Notes: a model not told the origin generated them from the sequence alone. Positions 1 to 10,285 are shown, counted from the stretch's first letter. The stretch is DNA of 64,000 nt from an uncultured Lachnospiraceae bacterium (GCA_945868305.1 CAMBKU010000002.1:6752-70751), one strand, 5' to 3'. Numbers and translations are program-made.

Positions 1-321
1 TTCTCCCAAGAAAAATACCCGGTAGTACATTTGCAGTGCTTCCAAAAGCTCCTGTTTTTCGTTCCTTAATTGTTTAATTTTTAACACACTTCCGATTTCA
101 TCGTAGAGAAGATCGCCCTCCTCCACCTCCGTGCGGAATTCCAGATTTCCTTCCGCGTCAAAAATAAGCTGCAACGTTCCGCCTACATCCTCCGTAAACA
201 GCACACACATAATCTGCAATTCCTCTTTTATGGCCTCCGGCAATCTGGAGAACTCACGATTCAAATAAAATTTCCTCGTATATGAACTGGAACCGCATAA
301 TACTATTTCGTTTTGAAACAT
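1..321 (-). CDS. DUF6145-like hypothetical protein (3' end runs off window; not in ORF track)
   Basis: Manual translation from ATG at 321, preceded by AAGGAG RBS: MFQNEIVLCGSSSYTRKFYLNREFSRLPEAIKEELQIMCVLFTEDVGG...YYRVFFLGE; open to position 1. Family name from recall. Confidence 0.75.
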   Translation of the reverse strand, partial: MFQNEIVLCGSSSYTRKFYLNREFSRLPEAIKEELQIMCVLFTEDVGGTLQLIFDAEGNLEFRTEVEEGDLLYDEIGSVLKIKQLRNEKQELLEALQMYYRVFFLGE

Positions 322-334
322 ATATGACTACTCC

Positions 335-1252
335 TTACCACTTTTTCGTATTTTTCAGATTTTCATCTATAAATTTGATGTACTCTTTTCTTGCCACATC
401 TTCCGTATGCCCGCTATACCATGCAAAAGATTCTTTCAAGCCCTCTGCCAGACTTTTTGTTTCCGGTAACAGCTTTTCCTGTTTCGATACATCCAATGCA
501 TATTCATAATCATAAAAGCTAAAATAATCTCTCTGATTTTCATGATTCTTCACATACACTTTTTCAAGCGGCGCACCCACTGCCTTGTAACACAGCTCTA
601 CAAAGGTGTTAATATCCACAGACTCCTTGTTTCCCACATTTAAAATATGCTCTTTCGGATGCTTTTCTAAAATGCTTTCCATGACTTTGCACAAATCCTC
701 TACATGGAAAAACTGCAGTTTCATACTCCCATCCTTCGGGATATAAAATTTTCTTCTTTGTAACGCACATTCAAACACAAAAGGCTCCCGATAAAGATTC
801 TGCATTGGTCCATACAAATACGGCGGTCGCAAAATATAAGCATCCTTTACTTCGGAAAGTAGATACTGCTCCGCCTCAATCTTATCCGTTCCATATTTGC
901 CCCAGATTTTATTTGCTCCAACCTTCTGTTCCTCTGTAAAAGGTTGTGAATTGGTCTCCGGGTAAACCGCCGAGGAACTGACAAAAATATAGTCCTTTAC
1001 CTCATTCAATCCGTCAAGCAGATTTTCCACATCTTTTCTGTTATATCCGCACACATCCAGTACTGCGTCAAAATGATATGGCCTTAATGCATCTTCCAGG
1101 TGATTCCTATCCGCACAGATTAGATGTACCTGTTCCAACTGCTTTTTCGTGTTCCGGTTTAAAACATAAACTTCGTATCCCTTCCTGCTGAAATAATCTG
1201 CAACAAATTTACTGACAAAAACAGTCCCTCCGGTAACCAAAATTCGTTTCAT
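335..1252 (-). CDS. NAD-dependent epimerase/dehydratase (atypical SDR)
   Basis: N-terminal ILVTGGTVFVS Rossmann motif, FVSSSAVY, YGTDK (YxxxK), LRPPYLYGP. Confidence 0.85.
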   Translation of the reverse strand: MKRILVTGGTVFVSKFVADYFSRKGYEVYVLNRNTKKQLEQVHLICADRNHLEDALRPYHFDAVLDVCGYNRKDVENLLDGLNEVKDYIFVSSSAVYPETNSQPFTEEQKVGANKIWGKYGTDKIEAEQYLLSEVKDAYILRPPYLYGPMQNLYREPFVFECALQRRKFYIPKDGSMKLQFFHVEDLCKVMESILEKHPKEHILNVGNKESVDINTFVELCYKAVGAPLEKVYVKNHENQRDYFSFYDYEYALDVSKQEKLLPETKSLAEGLKESFAWYSGHTEDVARKEYIKFIDENLKNTKKW

Positions 1253-1809
1253 AATATCTGATACTCTCCTTTTTTAAAGAACATTTCATAGATATTCTGC
1301 ATTGCCTTTGCTGCCCTTGCCCCGACAACTTCCTTTTGAATCGGAAGACACAAAATCTCATAGCCAATATTTCCATCCGCCACTGTATACACGCCGGTTT
1401 CCACAAGCCCATTCTTTAAATAGAAATGCTTTCTGCGCACTCTTTCTGTTTTCTGAGCGTCATTCTCCGCCTCGTCCAGCCTTTCAATTTCCAGTAAAAT
1501 GGCTTCCGCCTCTTTTAAAGTTTCCCGGATTTCTTTTAAAACTCTGCTCCCTATTCCGCCACCGCGGGCATTTTTATCTACTGCCAGATAATCCAAAAGC
1601 CATCCGTTTCCAACATTCGGTTTTTCAAAAATAGCGTATGCCAGCCGCTTTGTTCCGCTCTCATCATAAAATCCATATGCCCTGCAGGTCTGCTGCTCGT
1701 ATAAATGCGAGAGCAAAGACAGGGGTTTTATCTCTTCTGCGGGAAAGTCCTCCTGCATATTTGTATGAAATAATTCTTCGATTTGCTGCCACTCAAGCTG
1801 TTTTATCAT
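1249..1809 (-). CDS. GNAT-family N-acetyltransferase
   Basis: LDYLAVDKNARGGGIGS acetyl-CoA motif A; FYLKNG. Confidence 0.85.
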   Translation of the reverse strand: MIKQLEWQQIEELFHTNMQEDFPAEEIKPLSLLSHLYEQQTCRAYGFYDESGTKRLAYAIFEKPNVGNGWLLDYLAVDKNARGGGIGSRVLKEIRETLKEAEAILLEIERLDEAENDAQKTERVRRKHFYLKNGLVETGVYTVADGNIGYEILCLPIQKEVVGARAAKAMQNIYEMFFKKGEYQIL

Positions 1810-1820
1810 AATTCCTCTTT

Positions 1821-2798
1821 CTATACATATCCATACACGCCCCGTACCGACACTTCTCCTGCCGACACCAGTCTGCGCGCTTCCCAGGTATCCACAATCA
1901 GCTCTCCACGCTCGGTAATGCCCATCGCCTTTCCCTCATAAGGTTCCTTCGGGTCTAAAACCCGCACTTTTTCGTTGCGGTTAACCAAGTATGAATCATA
2001 CTCTTTTACAATTTTGCTCAGATCCTGTGTCTCAATATACAAATCGTAATAATATTCAAATTCTTCCCAGATAGTCTCAATCAGCATGGCGCGATTAATA
2101 TGTTTCCCACTTTCCAGATAAATGGACGTGGCGATATCCTTGATTTCCTCCGGAAATTCTTCGTTATGTACATTAATTCCCACACCAATTACAATGTAGT
2201 TTACATAATCCATCTGCGCACTCATTTCCGTCAGGATACCACAGACCTTTTTCCCATGAATCACAATATCGTTTGGCCATTTGATCTGCACCGGAAGATC
2301 CGCTATTTTCTGGATTCCCTTTGCAACTGCCATTGCAGTAACAAGCGTAAGCATTGAGGCATTCCCCGGTTCAATCTCCGGTTTTAACAAAAGCGTCATA
2401 AAAATTCCGGTTGCGGCAGGAGATTCAAAACTTCTGCCCCGTCTTCCCCGTCCGTTTTCCTGCTTGTCCGCCACCACTAGCGTACCGTCCGGCGCCTCTT
2501 TCTCACCGAGACTTTTGGCCTGAGTATTGGTAGAGTCTGTCACGTCATAATAATAGATTTCATTTCCAACCCATTTTGTTTTCCGAATGCTGACCAACTC
2601 ATTTTTACTCAAAATGTCCGGCGTTTTCGTCAGATGATAGCCCTTGTTCTGCACCGATTCTATCTCATAGCCTTCTTTTTTCAACTGATTCATAGCCTTC
2701 CAGACTGCTGTTCTGGAAACACCGAATTTTTCGCAAAGTTCCTGACCGGAAACATAACCATCTGTTTCCTTTAAAATCGTTAAAATTTCCGCTTTCAT
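1821..2798 (-). CDS. birA: Bifunctional biotin-protein ligase/biotin repressor (class II BirA)
   Basis: N-terminal HTH (SGQELCEKFGVSRTAVWK), DSTN, GRGRRGR, IKWPND, KVCGIL. Confidence 0.95.
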   Translation of the reverse strand: MKAEILTILKETDGYVSGQELCEKFGVSRTAVWKAMNQLKKEGYEIESVQNKGYHLTKTPDILSKNELVSIRKTKWVGNEIYYYDVTDSTNTQAKSLGEKEAPDGTLVVADKQENGRGRRGRSFESPAATGIFMTLLLKPEIEPGNASMLTLVTAMAVAKGIQKIADLPVQIKWPNDIVIHGKKVCGILTEMSAQMDYVNYIVIGVGINVHNEEFPEEIKDIATSIYLESGKHINRAMLIETIWEEFEYYYDLYIETQDLSKIVKEYDSYLVNRNEKVRVLDPKEPYEGKAMGITERGELIVDTWEARRLVSAGEVSVRGVYGYV

Positions 2799-2840
2799 AC
2801 ATATCCCTGCTTCTCTTAGCGTTCTTCAATGACTGCAAAA

Positions 2841-3824
2841 TTATGCCAATGTCGCATACATGACTGCTTTTATCGTGTGCATACGGTTTTCCGCCTCGTC
2901 AAATACCACAGATTTCTCGGATTCAAATACTTCATCCGTGACTTCAAGTTCAGAAAAACCAAACTTTTCGTATACTTCTTTGCCGATTTTCGTCTTTAAA
3001 TCATGGAATGCCGGAAGACAATGCATAAAAATTGCCTGCTCTCCTGCAATATCCATCAGCTTTTTATTTACCTGATACGGCATCAGATCCTTTAAACGCT
3101 CTGCCCATATTTCATCCGGCTCGCCCATAGAAACCCAGACATCCGTATATACCACATCCGCGCCCTTTACATCATTCACATCTTCAGATAACGTGATGCT
3201 TCCGCCGTTCTCTGCTGCTACCTTTTTGCAGTAATCAACCAATTCCTGCTCTGGGAAATATTTCTTTGAAGTACATGCCACAAAGTCCATGCCAAGCTTC
3301 GCACAGGTCACCATCAGAGAATTTCCCATATTATAGCGGGCATCTCCCATATATGCCAGTTTTACACCTTTGATACGTCCCAGATGTTCCCGGATGGTCA
3401 GCATATCTGCCAACATCTGTGTCGGATGAAATTCATTGGTCAGGCCGTTCCAAACCGGCACTCCTGCATATTTCGCCAGTTCCTCCACGATTTCCTGACC
3501 ATAACCACGATACTCAATACCGTCAAACATCCGTCCCAAAACGCGGGCAGTATCTGCAATGCTCTCTTTTTTTCCAATCTGGGAACCGGATGGGTCCAGA
3601 TAGGTCACTTGCATACCGAGATCATGTGCTGCCACCTCGAAAGAGCAACGAGTACGGGTACTGGTTTTCTCAAAAATCAGCGCAATATTTTTTCCGGTCA
3701 GCACATCATGTGCAATCCCCTTCTTCTTTTTGTCCTTTAACTCCGCCGCAAGGTCAATCATGTAAAGGATTTCATCTGGGGTAAAATCCATCAGTTTTAA
3801 AAAATTACGTCCTTTCAAATCCAT
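2841..3824 (-). CDS. argF: Ornithine carbamoyltransferase
   Basis: STRTR carbamoyl-phosphate motif, HPTQ, WVSMG, HCLP, ENRMH. Confidence 0.95.
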   Translation of the reverse strand: MDLKGRNFLKLMDFTPDEILYMIDLAAELKDKKKKGIAHDVLTGKNIALIFEKTSTRTRCSFEVAAHDLGMQVTYLDPSGSQIGKKESIADTARVLGRMFDGIEYRGYGQEIVEELAKYAGVPVWNGLTNEFHPTQMLADMLTIREHLGRIKGVKLAYMGDARYNMGNSLMVTCAKLGMDFVACTSKKYFPEQELVDYCKKVAAENGGSITLSEDVNDVKGADVVYTDVWVSMGEPDEIWAERLKDLMPYQVNKKLMDIAGEQAIFMHCLPAFHDLKTKIGKEVYEKFGFSELEVTDEVFESEKSVVFDEAENRMHTIKAVMYATLA

Positions 3825-3894
3825 TTTTCCTGCTTCCCTTCTATCTATCTAATGATTGTATTAATTTATATGTAATATTTATGAAATGACAAAT

Positions 3895-3920
3895 CGGGCT
3901 GTCATAACTCCGACAGCCCG
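3895..3920 (-). terminator. Probable intrinsic terminator after SPFH gene
   Basis: 9-bp inverted repeat CGGGCTGTC/GACAGCCCG followed by a T-rich tail on the minus strand. Confidence 0.6.
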
Positions 3921-3956
3921 CTTGTATTCTCTATTTTTCGGAAAATCCTTTCCGCT

Positions 3957-4883
3957 TTAATCCTCTTTTGCCACTTCCACAACAGACTTTGCAAGTCCTG
4001 CGATTCCCTGAATCTCGGACGGAATGATAATCTTGGTAGCTTTTCCGTCTGCTGCCTTTGCAAAAGCTTCAATGCTCTTTAACTGCAACACATTTGCATC
4101 CGGGTCTGCTTCTTTTAAGAAACGAAGACCATCTGCATTTGCCTGCTGAATCTTCAAGATAGCCTGCGCCTGACCTTCTGCCTCACGCATAGTTGCCTCT
4201 TTCTTTGCTTCGGCGCGTAAGATAGCTGCCTGCTTCTCTGCCTCTGCTTCGAGAATTGCAGATTCCTTCTTACCTTCTGCGACAAGGATTGTAGATTTCT
4301 TCTCACCCTCTGCTCTAGTAACTGCTTCACGTCTTTCACGCTCTGCCTTCATCTGCTTCTCCATGGCATCCTGAATAGCTTTCGGCGGAATGATGTTCTT
4401 TAATTCCACACGATTTACCTTGATACCCCACGGATCTGTGGCAACATCCAAAGATGCACGCATCTTTGTGTTAATCGTCTCTCTGGAAGTCAATGTCTCA
4501 TCCAGTTCCAGATCACCAATGATGTTTCGCAATGTGGTGGCTGTTAAGTTCTCGATTGCCATGATTGGATTCTCCACACCGTAAGTAAATAACTTCGGAT
4601 CTGTAATCTGGAAATATACGACCGTATCAATCTGCATGGTAACGTTATCCTTTGTGATAACTGGTTGCGGCGGGAAATCCACTACCTGCTCTTTTAAGAT
4701 TACTTTCTTTGCGACACGATCCAAAAACGGCACCTTAAAATGGAGTCCAACACCCCAGGTAGCCAGATATCCGCCCAAACGCTCTACTACCAGCGCATGT
4801 GCCTGCGGAACGATTTTGATACAACTTACTAAAATAATTAATACAACTACAATCAGAATAATAAATGCAATCAATGCACCCAT
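3957..4883 (-). CDS. SPFH/band-7 (QmcA-like) membrane scaffold protein
   Basis: N-terminal TM, VVERLG, VITKDNV, WGIKVNRVE, QMKAERERRE and AEA-repeat coiled coil. Confidence 0.92.
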   Translation of the reverse strand: MGALIAFIILIVVVLIILVSCIKIVPQAHALVVERLGGYLATWGVGLHFKVPFLDRVAKKVILKEQVVDFPPQPVITKDNVTMQIDTVVYFQITDPKLFTYGVENPIMAIENLTATTLRNIIGDLELDETLTSRETINTKMRASLDVATDPWGIKVNRVELKNIIPPKAIQDAMEKQMKAERERREAVTRAEGEKKSTILVAEGKKESAILEAEAEKQAAILRAEAKKEATMREAEGQAQAILKIQQANADGLRFLKEADPDANVLQLKSIEAFAKAADGKATKIIIPSEIQGIAGLAKSVVEVAKED

Positions 4884-4993
4884 TTCATAATCCCTCCCTG
4901 ATTTTTTTTATCATTCATTAACCATCTTACTATATTTCATTTGAGAATACAACAAATTCTTTTCCGGGACAGGCTATTTCCTATGTAAAAAGC

Positions 4994-5045
4994 ACAGACC
5001 ATAATCCCCTGCCAAGTATACGCTCTGCATGAAATTATGGTCTGT
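4994..5045 (-). terminator. Probable terminator after cell-wall hydrolase gene
   Basis: 12-bp inverted repeat ACAGACCATAAT/ATTATGGTCTGT with long loop, A/T tracts on both sides. Confidence 0.55.
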
Positions 5046-5085
5046 TGTTTTATTTCCGGTCAAAGACCGTCAACGTTCTTTTTAG

Positions 5086-6585
5086 CTAGAAAAATACATG
5101 ATTTCCAATCACAACGCCTGCACGCCCGGAACTTGCCCGACGGAAGGATACGCATCCACCCGTGTTATCCGTTCCATTAATCGCTTCCTGCGCTGCCTGC
5201 ATACAGCTTCCGCTGACACCGCTTGAAATCACACCTGCCAGACTGGATGCTGTGGTGAACTGTCCGCTCTGGTATACAACACCGGAAATGGAACCCGGAT
5301 AGCTTCCGCTTCTCACGCGGTTCATAACTACTGCTCCGACCGCAACTTTTCCTTCGTAACACTCAGAACCAGCTTCCAACTGAATCAATGCTGCAAGGAG
5401 CGTCACATCATCCGTAGATGCTGCCACCGCTTCTTTCTGGGTAGTCGCTACACCGCCCTGACTTGCTTTTTCTGCCTCGGCAGCCTGCGCTGCCCGTTCT
5501 TCTTCTATGGAAATCGCATCTCCTACAGCAATATCTACATCTACATATGGTGCGGATACATACGCGAGCTGATCGTCATATTCCACCGCAACCCATCCTT
5601 CGGTACTTTCTGCTTCTGTATCTACTGTAAGGATCTGTCCCTCATACACCGCATCAATGACTGTAGAAGTCTCATTCGGCTCTGTTCTAAGGCGAAGTCC
5701 TCCGGTCATGACCGTGGCCTCTGTCTGACAATCCTTTTTCGCCAGATCATAAGCATCCAGCCCAAAGGCACAATAATCGTTTAATACATATCCGTCTACC
5801 GAACCGGATTTAATGTGGGTCCAGTTATCTCCTCTCTCCACAATCTCCGCTGCATCGCCCTTATAAAGCTTACCTACGATTTCAGCATTTTCATCTCCGG
5901 CGGAACGAATATTCAAATATTCATTTACACTCGGCATCACACGGTTTGCCCACTCTGCTTCTTCCTGCTTTAACTGCTCTGTTACTGCATCGGACTGAAT
6001 AGCGTTCGCTGTATTCTCTGTCACAACCGCTTCACTGGAAACGCTGCCATCTACGCTTTCATCCAACACGTTCTCCTGTGTCTGCGCATCTGTCGCATCT
6101 GTTTCTGTCATAACTGCAGCATCTGTCTGTACATCTGCATTGACTGCCTGCACTTCCGGTGCTTCTTCCGAATTGTTTTCCGGTGTCTGCTCCGATGCCT
6201 GTGGAATTTCCTGTGCATCCTCTGTGTTCTGCTGTACCGCATCCGTAATATCTGCCGACATGGCTCTCGTCACATCCGGCTGTAAGGTTTCAGTTATGTC
6301 TGTCTGTGCTGTCACATCCGTGCTTTCAGCTCCTGAAGCTGCAACCACTTGTGTATCTGCCTGTTCAATACTTACATCTACTCCGCCCTTTTCTACCGTA
6401 GCCATCTGCAGGGTAATTCCTGCTAATGCGTTATGGTTTTCTCCGTCCGCTACAGCTATGGTCTCGGAAACTGTATTTGTATCTGCATTCGAAACAACCT
6501 GACTTGTAACTGAGGTGGTTGTCGTCATCACTATCAGCATTCCTGCTACGATAGAACCTTCAACCACTTTCCTGTTTAAATTCAT
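5086..6585 (-). CDS. Secreted cell-wall hydrolase: low-complexity linker, two SH3b domains, SleB/CwlJ-type Hydrolase_2 domain
   Basis: Start moved to ATG 6585 (GGAGG RBS). SH3b motifs LNIRS..IVGKL..W and LRLR..W; C-terminal LLAALIQLEAGSE..GKVAVGAVVMNRV..YQSGQF..IGNHVF. Confidence 0.85.
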   Translation of the reverse strand: MNLNRKVVEGSIVAGMLIVMTTTTSVTSQVVSNADTNTVSETIAVADGENHNALAGITLQMATVEKGGVDVSIEQADTQVVAASGAESTDVTAQTDITETLQPDVTRAMSADITDAVQQNTEDAQEIPQASEQTPENNSEEAPEVQAVNADVQTDAAVMTETDATDAQTQENVLDESVDGSVSSEAVVTENTANAIQSDAVTEQLKQEEAEWANRVMPSVNEYLNIRSAGDENAEIVGKLYKGDAAEIVERGDNWTHIKSGSVDGYVLNDYCAFGLDAYDLAKKDCQTEATVMTGGLRLRTEPNETSTVIDAVYEGQILTVDTEAESTEGWVAVEYDDQLAYVSAPYVDVDIAVGDAISIEEERAAQAAEAEKASQGGVATTQKEAVAASTDDVTLLAALIQLEAGSECYEGKVAVGAVVMNRVRSGSYPGSISGVVYQSGQFTTASSLAGVISSGVSGSCMQAAQEAINGTDNTGGCVSFRRASSGRAGVVIGNHVFF

Positions 6586-6690
6586 ATTTCCCTCCATATT
6601 TTGCATAGTGCTAATTATTGAAATAGTATTACACTCATATGATGATTTATGCAATTTTATTACATTTGTTACGAATTTGTTACAAACGCG

Positions 6691-6719
6691 ATTATAACAG
6701 AGAACGATAGCTTTGTCAA
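6691..6719 (-). promoter_or_regulatory. sigmaA promoter of cell-wall hydrolase gene
   Basis: TTGACA-N17-TATAAT, perfect consensus with extended -10 TG. Confidence 0.8.
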
Positions 6720-6816
6720 GCTGAGGGCTGTTTTCCTCGTCGCCATAACAAAAAGTCCCCCGCCAGCATCCGCCGACGAGGAACTCTTCTTTCCTTCTGA
6801 CTTTCGTATATACAGA

Positions 6817-8397
6817 TTAAATATTTAACAGATCACTGAACTCTTTCAGTGCTCCATCTGTCTCATGTGCAAGTACGCGTTTTGCCAACACTTTACCAAG
6901 CTGCACACCTTCCTGATCGAAGCTGTTGATGTTCCATAAGAACCCCTGGAACATAACTTTGTTTTCAAAATGTGCAAGTAATGCTCCAATTGTCTTAGGA
7001 GTTACCTGATCCCCGATAATGATGCTGGACGGACGTCCACCTTCAAAGTTCTTGTTCTTGTTCTCATCTGATTTTCCACATGCAAAAGCAACAATCTGAG
7101 CTGCTACGTTTGCGCAAAGCTTCTGCTGACTTGTGCTTCCCTGAATCACAACATCGGTACCAATCTGGCTGTTCTTAAATCCAACAAACTGAAGCGGTAC
7201 AATATCAGTTCCCTGATGAAGTAACTGGTAGAAAGAATGCTGTCCGTTTGTTCCCGGCTCACCAAAGATGACCGGACCGGTCGGATAGTTTATACGCTCA
7301 CCGAAACGGTTTACAGACTTACCATTGGACTCCATATCTAACTGCTGCAGATGAGCAGGGAAACGGTTTAATGCCTGAGAGTACGGAAGCACTGCTGTAC
7401 AAGGATATCCAAGTACATTGCGCTCATAAACTCCAATCAATGCATCCAACATTGCCGGGTTCTTCAATACATCCTCATTCAAAGAAAGCTTATCTTCCTC
7501 ATGCGCGCCCTCTAAGAACTGCGCAAACACTTCCGGTCCGAATGCCAGGGACAATACTGCTCCACCAACTGCGGAAGAAGAAGAATAACGTCCTCCGATA
7601 TAATCATCCATAAAGAATGCTGCAAGATAATCATCGCTCTTTGCCAACGGAGATGTCTCACTCGTAACAGCTACCATATGCTTGGAAGCATCTAATCCTG
7701 CACTCTTTAAAGCATCTTTAACAAATGATTCATTTGTCAAAGTTTCAAGCGTTGTACCTGATTTAGAAACAAGTACAAAAAGGGAATGAGCGACATCAAT
7801 GGAATTTAAAACTGCTGCTGCATCATCCGGATCCACGTTACTGATGAATTTTGCTTCCATCTTAAATGTATTATTCTTCTTTGCCCAATTCTCAAGTGCT
7901 AAATAAATAGCACGCGGGCCAAGGTCACTACCACCGATACCAATCTGAACAACTGTTGTAAATTTTTCTCCAGCCGCATTTGTAATCTCTCCGGCATGAA
8001 CTTTGTTTGCAAAATCCGCAATTTTCTGCTGCTGCTCTTCATAAAATTTACGTTTATCAACACCATCTGCCTGAACAGCATCACCTAACTGTCCACGAGT
8101 CATATGATGAAGCACGAGACGATTCTCTCCGGTGTTAACTACTTCTCCGTTATAAACTGCTTTGAATTTTTCAGAAAGCTGTGCTTCCCCTGCAAGTTTT
8201 ACAAGAGCCTCTAATACCTTATCATCTACCTGCTTTGCAGCATAATTGTAAACAAAACCTTCTGCCATTGGAACGCTGTAATTTTTGACACGAGCTGCAC
8301 CATTTTCTCCAGCCATAGCCTCAACAAGATTTACACGTCCTACTTTTTCAAGTTCCTGAAAAGCAGTAAGTGTATCTAAGTTGTTCCAGGTAACCAT
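6817..8397 (-). CDS. pgi: Glucose-6-phosphate isomerase
   Basis: GIGGSDLG, SKSGTTLET, GGRYS, QQLDMESNGK, GTNGQHSFYQ, FDQEGVQLGK; start at ATG 8397 after AAGGAGG. Confidence 0.95.
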   Translation of the reverse strand: MVTWNNLDTLTAFQELEKVGRVNLVEAMAGENGAARVKNYSVPMAEGFVYNYAAKQVDDKVLEALVKLAGEAQLSEKFKAVYNGEVVNTGENRLVLHHMTRGQLGDAVQADGVDKRKFYEEQQQKIADFANKVHAGEITNAAGEKFTTVVQIGIGGSDLGPRAIYLALENWAKKNNTFKMEAKFISNVDPDDAAAVLNSIDVAHSLFVLVSKSGTTLETLTNESFVKDALKSAGLDASKHMVAVTSETSPLAKSDDYLAAFFMDDYIGGRYSSSSAVGGAVLSLAFGPEVFAQFLEGAHEEDKLSLNEDVLKNPAMLDALIGVYERNVLGYPCTAVLPYSQALNRFPAHLQQLDMESNGKSVNRFGERINYPTGPVIFGEPGTNGQHSFYQLLHQGTDIVPLQFVGFKNSQIGTDVVIQGSTSQQKLCANVAAQIVAFACGKSDENKNKNFEGGRPSSIIIGDQVTPKTIGALLAHFENKVMFQGFLWNINSFDQEGVQLGKVLAKRVLAHETDGALKEFSDLLNI

Positions 8398-8552
8398 AAT
8401 AGATTCCTCCTTATACATTGTATAAATTTTCATTTTTTACTTTTTTAGCTCCTGTGATTATACACTTAAATGAACCGGAGTTCAAGCCTATCCAGCCGCG
8501 TCGAGGCAATTTTTTCGTTTTTTTTCGTTTTTTTCTTTATCTTTGTTTCCAA

Positions 8553-8870
8553 TCAAGGGAAAATTTCCTGTAAAACCGCATCAAATACGGCTTCCTGCTC
8601 CTTTTTCTCTCTTTGTTCTATCGCCTCTTTATATGCCTCCCGCTCACGCCGTTTTTCATTCGCAATTTCAACCTCTTTTTGCTCATTTTCGTCCATCAAT
8701 CTTTCAAACTGGGCTACTATATTTTCATCCATAAGCTCCATCTTCTGCCGGATCTTCTTCGTCTGCCGCAGATACTGCAGCATCACGACAAGCAACAAGA
8801 TACACACTGCCAGGATAAATACTCCGCTGTTCCTTTGTAAAAACTCCACTGTCTGATGAAAACTCTGCAT
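8553..8870 (-). CDS. Small hypothetical protein with one TM and a coiled coil
   Basis: AGGAGG RBS; TM segment VFILAVCILLLVVML; charged tail ending DAVLQEIFP. Confidence 0.7.
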   Translation of the reverse strand: MQSFHQTVEFLQRNSGVFILAVCILLLVVMLQYLRQTKKIRQKMELMDENIVAQFERLMDENEQKEVEIANEKRREREAYKEAIEQREKKEQEAVFDAVLQEIFP

Positions 8871-9130
8871 ACTAATACCTCCTATTGCTTTTGCTGACTA
8901 TCCAAAGTCAACTGTTTTCCTTTTCATTATAAAAAAGTAAAACCCTTTTGAAAAGTAGGCTCGTCCCACTTTTCATCGCATATTCACCCTCTTTTTCTCA
9001 TGTTTCGGGCGAATTTTTTTTTCTTTTGCACCAAACAGTTTTTTTCTCCACAAAGCGCAAAAATCTTTTCTTGACTTTTTACACGGACAGTATAATATAA
9101 AAAATGAAAAAATAAGAAGAAGGTATCTGC

Positions 9131-10207
9131 ATGAAAAAAATTGTTTTAACCGGAGGCGGAACTGCGGGACATGTTACCCCCAATATTGCTCTGCTCCCAA
9201 GCTTAAAAGAACATGGCTATGAAATCAGCTATATCGGCTCCTATACCGGTATGGAAAAGCAGTTGATTGAAGAACAGGGAATCACCTATTACGGTATTTC
9301 CTCCGGCAAACTGCGGAGATATTTTGACATAAAAAATTTTTCTGATCCGTTTAAGGTAGTAAAAGGCTTCAGTCAGGCTGTCGGTCTGCTCCACAAGCTG
9401 AAACCAGATGTCGTATTTTCCAAGGGCGGCTTTGTCTCCGTCCCCGTCGTACTGGCAGCTCGTTTTTTACATATTCCGGCTATCATCCACGAATCAGACT
9501 TAACACCAGGGCTTGCTAATAAAATTGCCATCCCTGCGGCCTATAAGGTCTGTTGCAACTTTCCGGAAACCATTCCCTATCTTCCGGAGGACAAAGCGGT
9601 ACTATCCGGTTCCCCTATCCGTCAGGAGCTTCTTACCGGGAACCGCATTTCGGCACTTGAGCTTTGCGACTTCACCGCAGAAAAACCGGTTATCCTGGCC
9701 GTCGGCGGAAGTAGCGGTTCCAAAACCTTAAATGATGCGCTGCGTGCCGTTCTTCCAAATTTACTAAAGAAATATCAGGTCATTCACCTGTGCGGCAAAG
9801 GCAACTTAGACTCCTCCCTCGGACGCACGGAGGGCTACGCCCAGTTTGAATATGCAAAATCCGAACTGCGGGATATGTTTGCTCTTGCTGATATCGTGAT
9901 TTCCCGTGCCGGTGCCAACTCCATCTGCGAGCTTCTCGCCCTGCGCAAACCAAATATCCTGATTCCGCTTTCCGCAAGTGCCAGCAGAGGTGATCAGATT
10001 TTAAATGCAAAATCCTTTGAGAAACAGGGATTCAGCTACGTTTTGGAAGAGGAAAACCTAACCTCTGATACCCTGCTTGACGCTGTTAAATACGTCGATG
10101 AGCACAAACAGTCCTATATTGATGCCATGTCCAAAAGCAAACAGCTGGATTCTATTGACACCGTCATATCTTTGATTGACGAAGCTGCTTCCATAAAGAA
10201 AAAATAG
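9131..10207 (+). CDS. murG: Undecaprenyl-PP-MurNAc-pentapeptide GlcNAc transferase
   Basis: TGGGTAGHV, KGGFVS, HESD..PGLAN, GGSSGS, SRAGA, DQILNA. Confidence 0.95.
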   Translation: MKKIVLTGGGTAGHVTPNIALLPSLKEHGYEISYIGSYTGMEKQLIEEQGITYYGISSGKLRRYFDIKNFSDPFKVVKGFSQAVGLLHKLKPDVVFSKGGFVSVPVVLAARFLHIPAIIHESDLTPGLANKIAIPAAYKVCCNFPETIPYLPEDKAVLSGSPIRQELLTGNRISALELCDFTAEKPVILAVGGSSGSKTLNDALRAVLPNLLKKYQVIHLCGKGNLDSSLGRTEGYAQFEYAKSELRDMFALADIVISRAGANSICELLALRKPNILIPLSASASRGDQILNAKSFEKQGFSYVLEEENLTSDTLLDAVKYVDEHKQSYIDAMSKSKQLDSIDTVISLIDEAASIKKK

Positions 10208-10230
10208 GTTTTGTTTTACCTTAATAGAAA

Positions 10231-10276
10231 ATGACCGGAAAGGATTTGCGTTTCATCGCTTAACCCTTCCGGTCAT
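10231..10276. terminator. Bidirectional terminator between convergent murG and HIT genes
   Basis: ATGACCGGAA/TTCCGGTCAT inverted repeat flanked by A and T tracts. Confidence 0.7.
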
Positions 10277-10285
10277 CTTTTTATC

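Noticed and set aside
3856-3886. ARG box upstream of argF
   Set aside because: AT-rich segments (TGTATTAATTTATA, TGTAATATTTATGAA) match TGNATWWWWATNCA only partially; not distinguishable from background.
8510-8538. T-rich tandem repeat (TTTTTTCG)x2 upstream of pgi as a phase-variation tract
   Set aside because: Only two imperfect units in an A-tract-rich upstream region; more likely a UP or bending element.
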